64,000 bases of DNA. It comes from an uncultured Candidatus Saccharibacteria bacterium (GTDB lineage Bacteria > Patescibacteriota > UBA1384 > XYA2-FULL-43-10 > 1-14-0-10-43-13). The notes beneath the pieces are model-generated. The model did no database searches, had not been told where the DNA came from, and worked only from the letters and a program-made list of their open reading frames with translations. Numbering within the stretch: position 1 is the first letter of the stretch; each line of letters opens with the position of its first letter. A program made the position numbers and the translations under genes. Below, piece by piece: positions 61,162-64,000 of this stretch. Location: contig CAYOQP010000004.1 in the NCBI GenBank assembly GCA_964406145.1, positions 1,924-65,923 of the forward strand. The letters run 5' to 3'.

Positions 61162-64000
61162 ACCACAATACTGACAAGTTTTTTTGGAACAACAATAGTC
61201 TTTAGAATTTTCCGATCTTTTATTATGTCGGTGACTTTTTCGGACGAAAGGGCTATTTTTTTCATTTCTTCTTCTGATATTTGGGCATCGACAGAAATCT
61301 TATCTCTGACTTTGCCATTTATCTGGATGACTATCTCTATTTTTTCCGCAATCAGATACTTTTTATCTGGCCCTGGCCACACTGATTCACTAATATCTTT
61401 TTTGCTGTCCAGGCTATACCAAATTTCAGAAGCAATATGAGGTGCCGCAACAAACAACAAAGTTAGAAAAATTTTATAAGATTCTTCCGAAATCACCCCA
61501 GCTTTTTCAATAGCATTATTTAACTCCATAAGTTTAGAAACGACAGTGTTCATCCGAAAGTTCTCAAGATCTTCAGTTATGCCAACAATAGATTGATTTA
61601 TCTTCACAAGAAGATCTTTTGTATCTGGCTTATTATTTACTAGATCTTGGTTCTTCCAGACTCGTTTTAAAAACCGGTGAACTCCTTGAACGCCAGCAGT
61701 GCTCCATGCCGATTCTTGGTCATAGGGACCAATAAACATTATATAGCTTCTTAGTGTATCAGCGCCAAATTGACTAGCGATGTCGTCCGGATTGATAACA
61801 TTGCCAAATGATTTGCTCATTTTACGGCCATCGGGGCCGAGAATTATACCGTGAGCAATTCTTTTCGCATATGGTTCTGGTGTCGGAACGACTCCTAGAT
61901 CAAACAAAAATTTATGCCAAAAACGAGAATATAGTAAATGAAGGGTGGTGTGTTCCATGCCACCATTATAAAAATCAACCGGCATCCAATATTTTAGGGA
62001 ATTGTGAGAAGCAAACTCCTTGTCATTTTGCGAATCGCAGTAACGTAAAAAGTACCAGCTTGATCCGGCCCAGTTGGGCATCGTGTCCGTTTCGCGTCTT
62101 GCGTAGCCAGCACATTTAGGACAAGTTGTATTGACCCAATCTGTTATTTTGGCGAGAGGGGATTCACCAGTGTCTGTTGGCTCGTAATTCTCTACATTTG
62201 GCAAGGTAACTGGCAATTGATCTTCAGGAATGGGCACGACACCACATTGATCGCAATGGACGACAGGAATGGGCTCACCCCAATAGTGCTGTCGGGAAAA
62301 TATCCAGTCTCTGAGCTTATAATTAACACTGAAATCACCAGCCCGGATAGTTTTTAATTTCTCAGTTATTTTGTCCTTACCCTCCTTGGAGGTAAGTCCG
62401 TCAAATTCGCCGGAATTTGTCATTGTGCCGTAATCGGTAAAAGCGTAATTACCCGAAAAATACCATTCAAAGCCGATCTTATTGTCGGGAAATGTACATT
62501 TTTCTAGACACTCTTTTTCTGTCAGCCAGATTGCTTTATGCCTTTTGAGCTCCTCATCTGCAACATGTTCTGGTTTTTCGTCGAGAAGTTCGCAGTAGAT
62601 AAAATTGCCATATCTTAATCTCTTTACATTTTTATGTGGTGCAAAAAAGTGCGATTTGACAGTGACGCCGATTTTCTCGATTGCCTTCACTTTGTATCCA
62701 GTTTCCTCAAAGACCTCTCTTTCGGCCGTATCAAACATCTCTTCATTTTCTTCGATGCCCCCGATGACCGGCACCGTCCACTTAAATTCCGGCCAATCAA
62801 GCATCAAAAACTTTCCATCTGATTTGCGTTTTACTATTGCAACAATGGTGTGTCTTTCTTCTTCGCCTTCTTTTATCTCGCCAAATTCTGGAATAATCAC
62901 TTCCTTAATTGGAATTTCATGTTTCTTGGCAAATTCCCAGTCCCGACTATCATGAGCGGGTACAGCCATGATAGCACCAGTGCCGTAATTAGCAAGGACA
63001 TAGTCAGCAACATAGATATCAACGTTTTCATTATTGATCGGATTAACGGCGTAGACGCCATAGAGCTTGACCCCAGACTTATCCTTAGCAAGATCGGTTC
63101 GCTCTAGATCTGACTTATTCTTGGCTTTCTGAACATATTTGGCCACTTCGTCAAAATTTTGAATATGGTGGCCTAATTTTTCAACCAACGGATGTTCTGG
63201 TGCTAAGACTACATAAGTACAACCAAATAGAGTATCGGCACGGGTAGTAAATACTTCGATCTCTTCGTCTTTGACTGTGCCGCTGCGACTCTTAACTTGA
63301 AATCGAATGTTGGCGCCGACACTTTTGCCAATCCAATTAATCTGCTGAGTCTTTATCTTATCAAGATAATCAACTGTCTCGAGACCAGTAATTAATTTGT
63401 CAGCATATGAAGTGATGCGTAGCATCCACTGCTTTTGATTGCGTTTGCTTGCTTGTGTACCACAACGTTCACAATTGCCAGCCACGACTTCTTCGTTGGC
63501 GAGAATTGTCTTACATGAAGGGCACCAATTGACAGGCATCTCAGCCTGAAAAGCCAATCTAGGAGTGGTCTTGTCATCATCAGAAACTTCGACTAATTTA
63601 TCATCAACGATTGCGTGTTTGTAAAACTGCAAAAATATCCATTGAGTCCACTTGTAGTAATTTGGATCTGTAGTGTTAACTTCGCGGCTCCAATCGAAGC
63701 AATAGCCCAGAGACTGCATTTGCTTTTTGAATGTAGCAACATTGTCCTCTGTGGCTTTTTGCGGCTTAATCTTGTTTCTAATTGCATAATTTTCAGTTGG
63801 AAGACCAAAAGCATCCCAGCCCATGGGATACATAACATTGTATCCTTGAAGTCTTTTCATTCTACAATAGGCATCAGAGGCGCCATAGCCCATGCAGTGA
63901 CCCACATGAAGCCCCGCCCCCGAAGGATAGGGGAATTCGACTAAATGATAGTGCTTGGGCTTATCGGAGCTGTCTTTGGAAAATCCGTATTTTTGCTCAG
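61158..64000 (-). CDS. leuS: Leucine-tRNA ligase with inserted NUDIX domain (5' end outside window)
   Basis: Frame open to the window edge: EFPYPSGAGLHVGH (HIGH), GWDAFGLP, FTTRADT, GTGAIMAVPAHD, DWIFSRQ, KMSKS. Confidence 0.97.
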   Translation of the reverse strand, partial: EQKYGFSKDSSDKPKHYHLVEFPYPSGAGLHVGHCMGYGASDAYCRMKRLQGYNVMYPMGWDAFGLPTENYAIRNKIKPQKATEDNVATFKKQMQSLGYCFDWSREVNTTDPNYYKWTQWIFLQFYKHAIVDDKLVEVSDDDKTTPRLAFQAEMPVNWCPSCKTILANEEVVAGNCERCGTQASKRNQKQWMLRITSYADKLITGLETVDYLDKIKTQQINWIGKSVGANIRFQVKSRSGTVKDEEIEVFTTRADTLFGCTYVVLAPEHPLVEKLGHHIQNFDEVAKYVQKAKNKSDLERTDLAKDKSGVKLYGVYAVNPINNENVDIYVADYVLANYGTGAIMAVPAHDSRDWEFAKKHEIPIKEVIIPEFGEIKEGEEERHTIVAIVKRKSDGKFLMLDWPEFKWTVPVIGGIEENEEMFDTAEREVFEETGYKVKAIEKIGVTVKSHFFAPHKNVKRLRYGNFIYCELLDEKPEHVADEELKRHKAIWLTEKECLEKCTFPDNKIGFEWYFSGNYAFTDYGTMTNSGEFDGLTSKEGKDKITEKLKTIRAGDFSVNYKLRDWIFSRQHYWGEPIPVVHCDQCGVVPIPEDQLPVTLPNVENYEPTDTGESPLAKITDWVNTTCPKCAGYARRETDTMPNWAGSSWYFLRYCDSQNDKEFASHNSLKYWMPVDFYNGGMEHTTLHLLYSRFWHKFLFDLGVVPTPEPYAKRIAHGIILGPDGRKMSKSFGNVINPDDIASQFGADTLRSYIMFIGPYDQESAWSTAGVQGVHRFLKRVWKNQDLVNNKPDTKDLLVKINQSIVGITEDLENFRMNTVVSKLMELNNAIEKAGVISEESYKIFLTLLFVAAPHIASEIWYSLDSKKDISESVWPGPDKKYLIAEKIEIVIQINGKVRDKISVDAQISEEEMKKIALSSEKVTDIIKDRKILKTIVVPKKLVSIVV

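Overview
Low-GC (roughly 35-42% in hand-counted lines) housekeeping region of a bacterial genome with Patescibacteria/CPR hallmarks: no rpmD (L30) between rpsE and rplO, GAD-less AspRS, N-terminally truncated PheS, an rpmF-nusB-rnc cluster, a type IV pilin and many genes lacking a Shine-Dalgarno sequence. It holds typA, a DEAD-box helicase, a small envelope/salvage block, gyrBA, infB, cdaA-cdaR, a LysM-CHAP hydrolase, obg, rpoBC, the str/S10/spc/alpha ribosomal superoperon, pheST, aspS and the larger part of leuS (runs off the window end). I found no tRNA, rRNA, CRISPR array, transposase, intein or intron. Best candidates for something new: (1) a ~430-nt GC-rich multi-hairpin RNA with its own sigma70 promoter inserted between rpsJ and rplC, ending in a tRNA-like helix plus ACCA; (2) an EF-G whose guanine-specificity motifs are both rewritten (G4 NKIN, G5 GGDGRG); (3) a complete NUDIX hydrolase inserted in the LeuRS editing region; (4) an inverted high-GC lipoprotein cassette splitting rpsG from fusA; (5) an L36 with an 11-residue insertion. 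All structures, promoters and GC values were read by eye and not computed.
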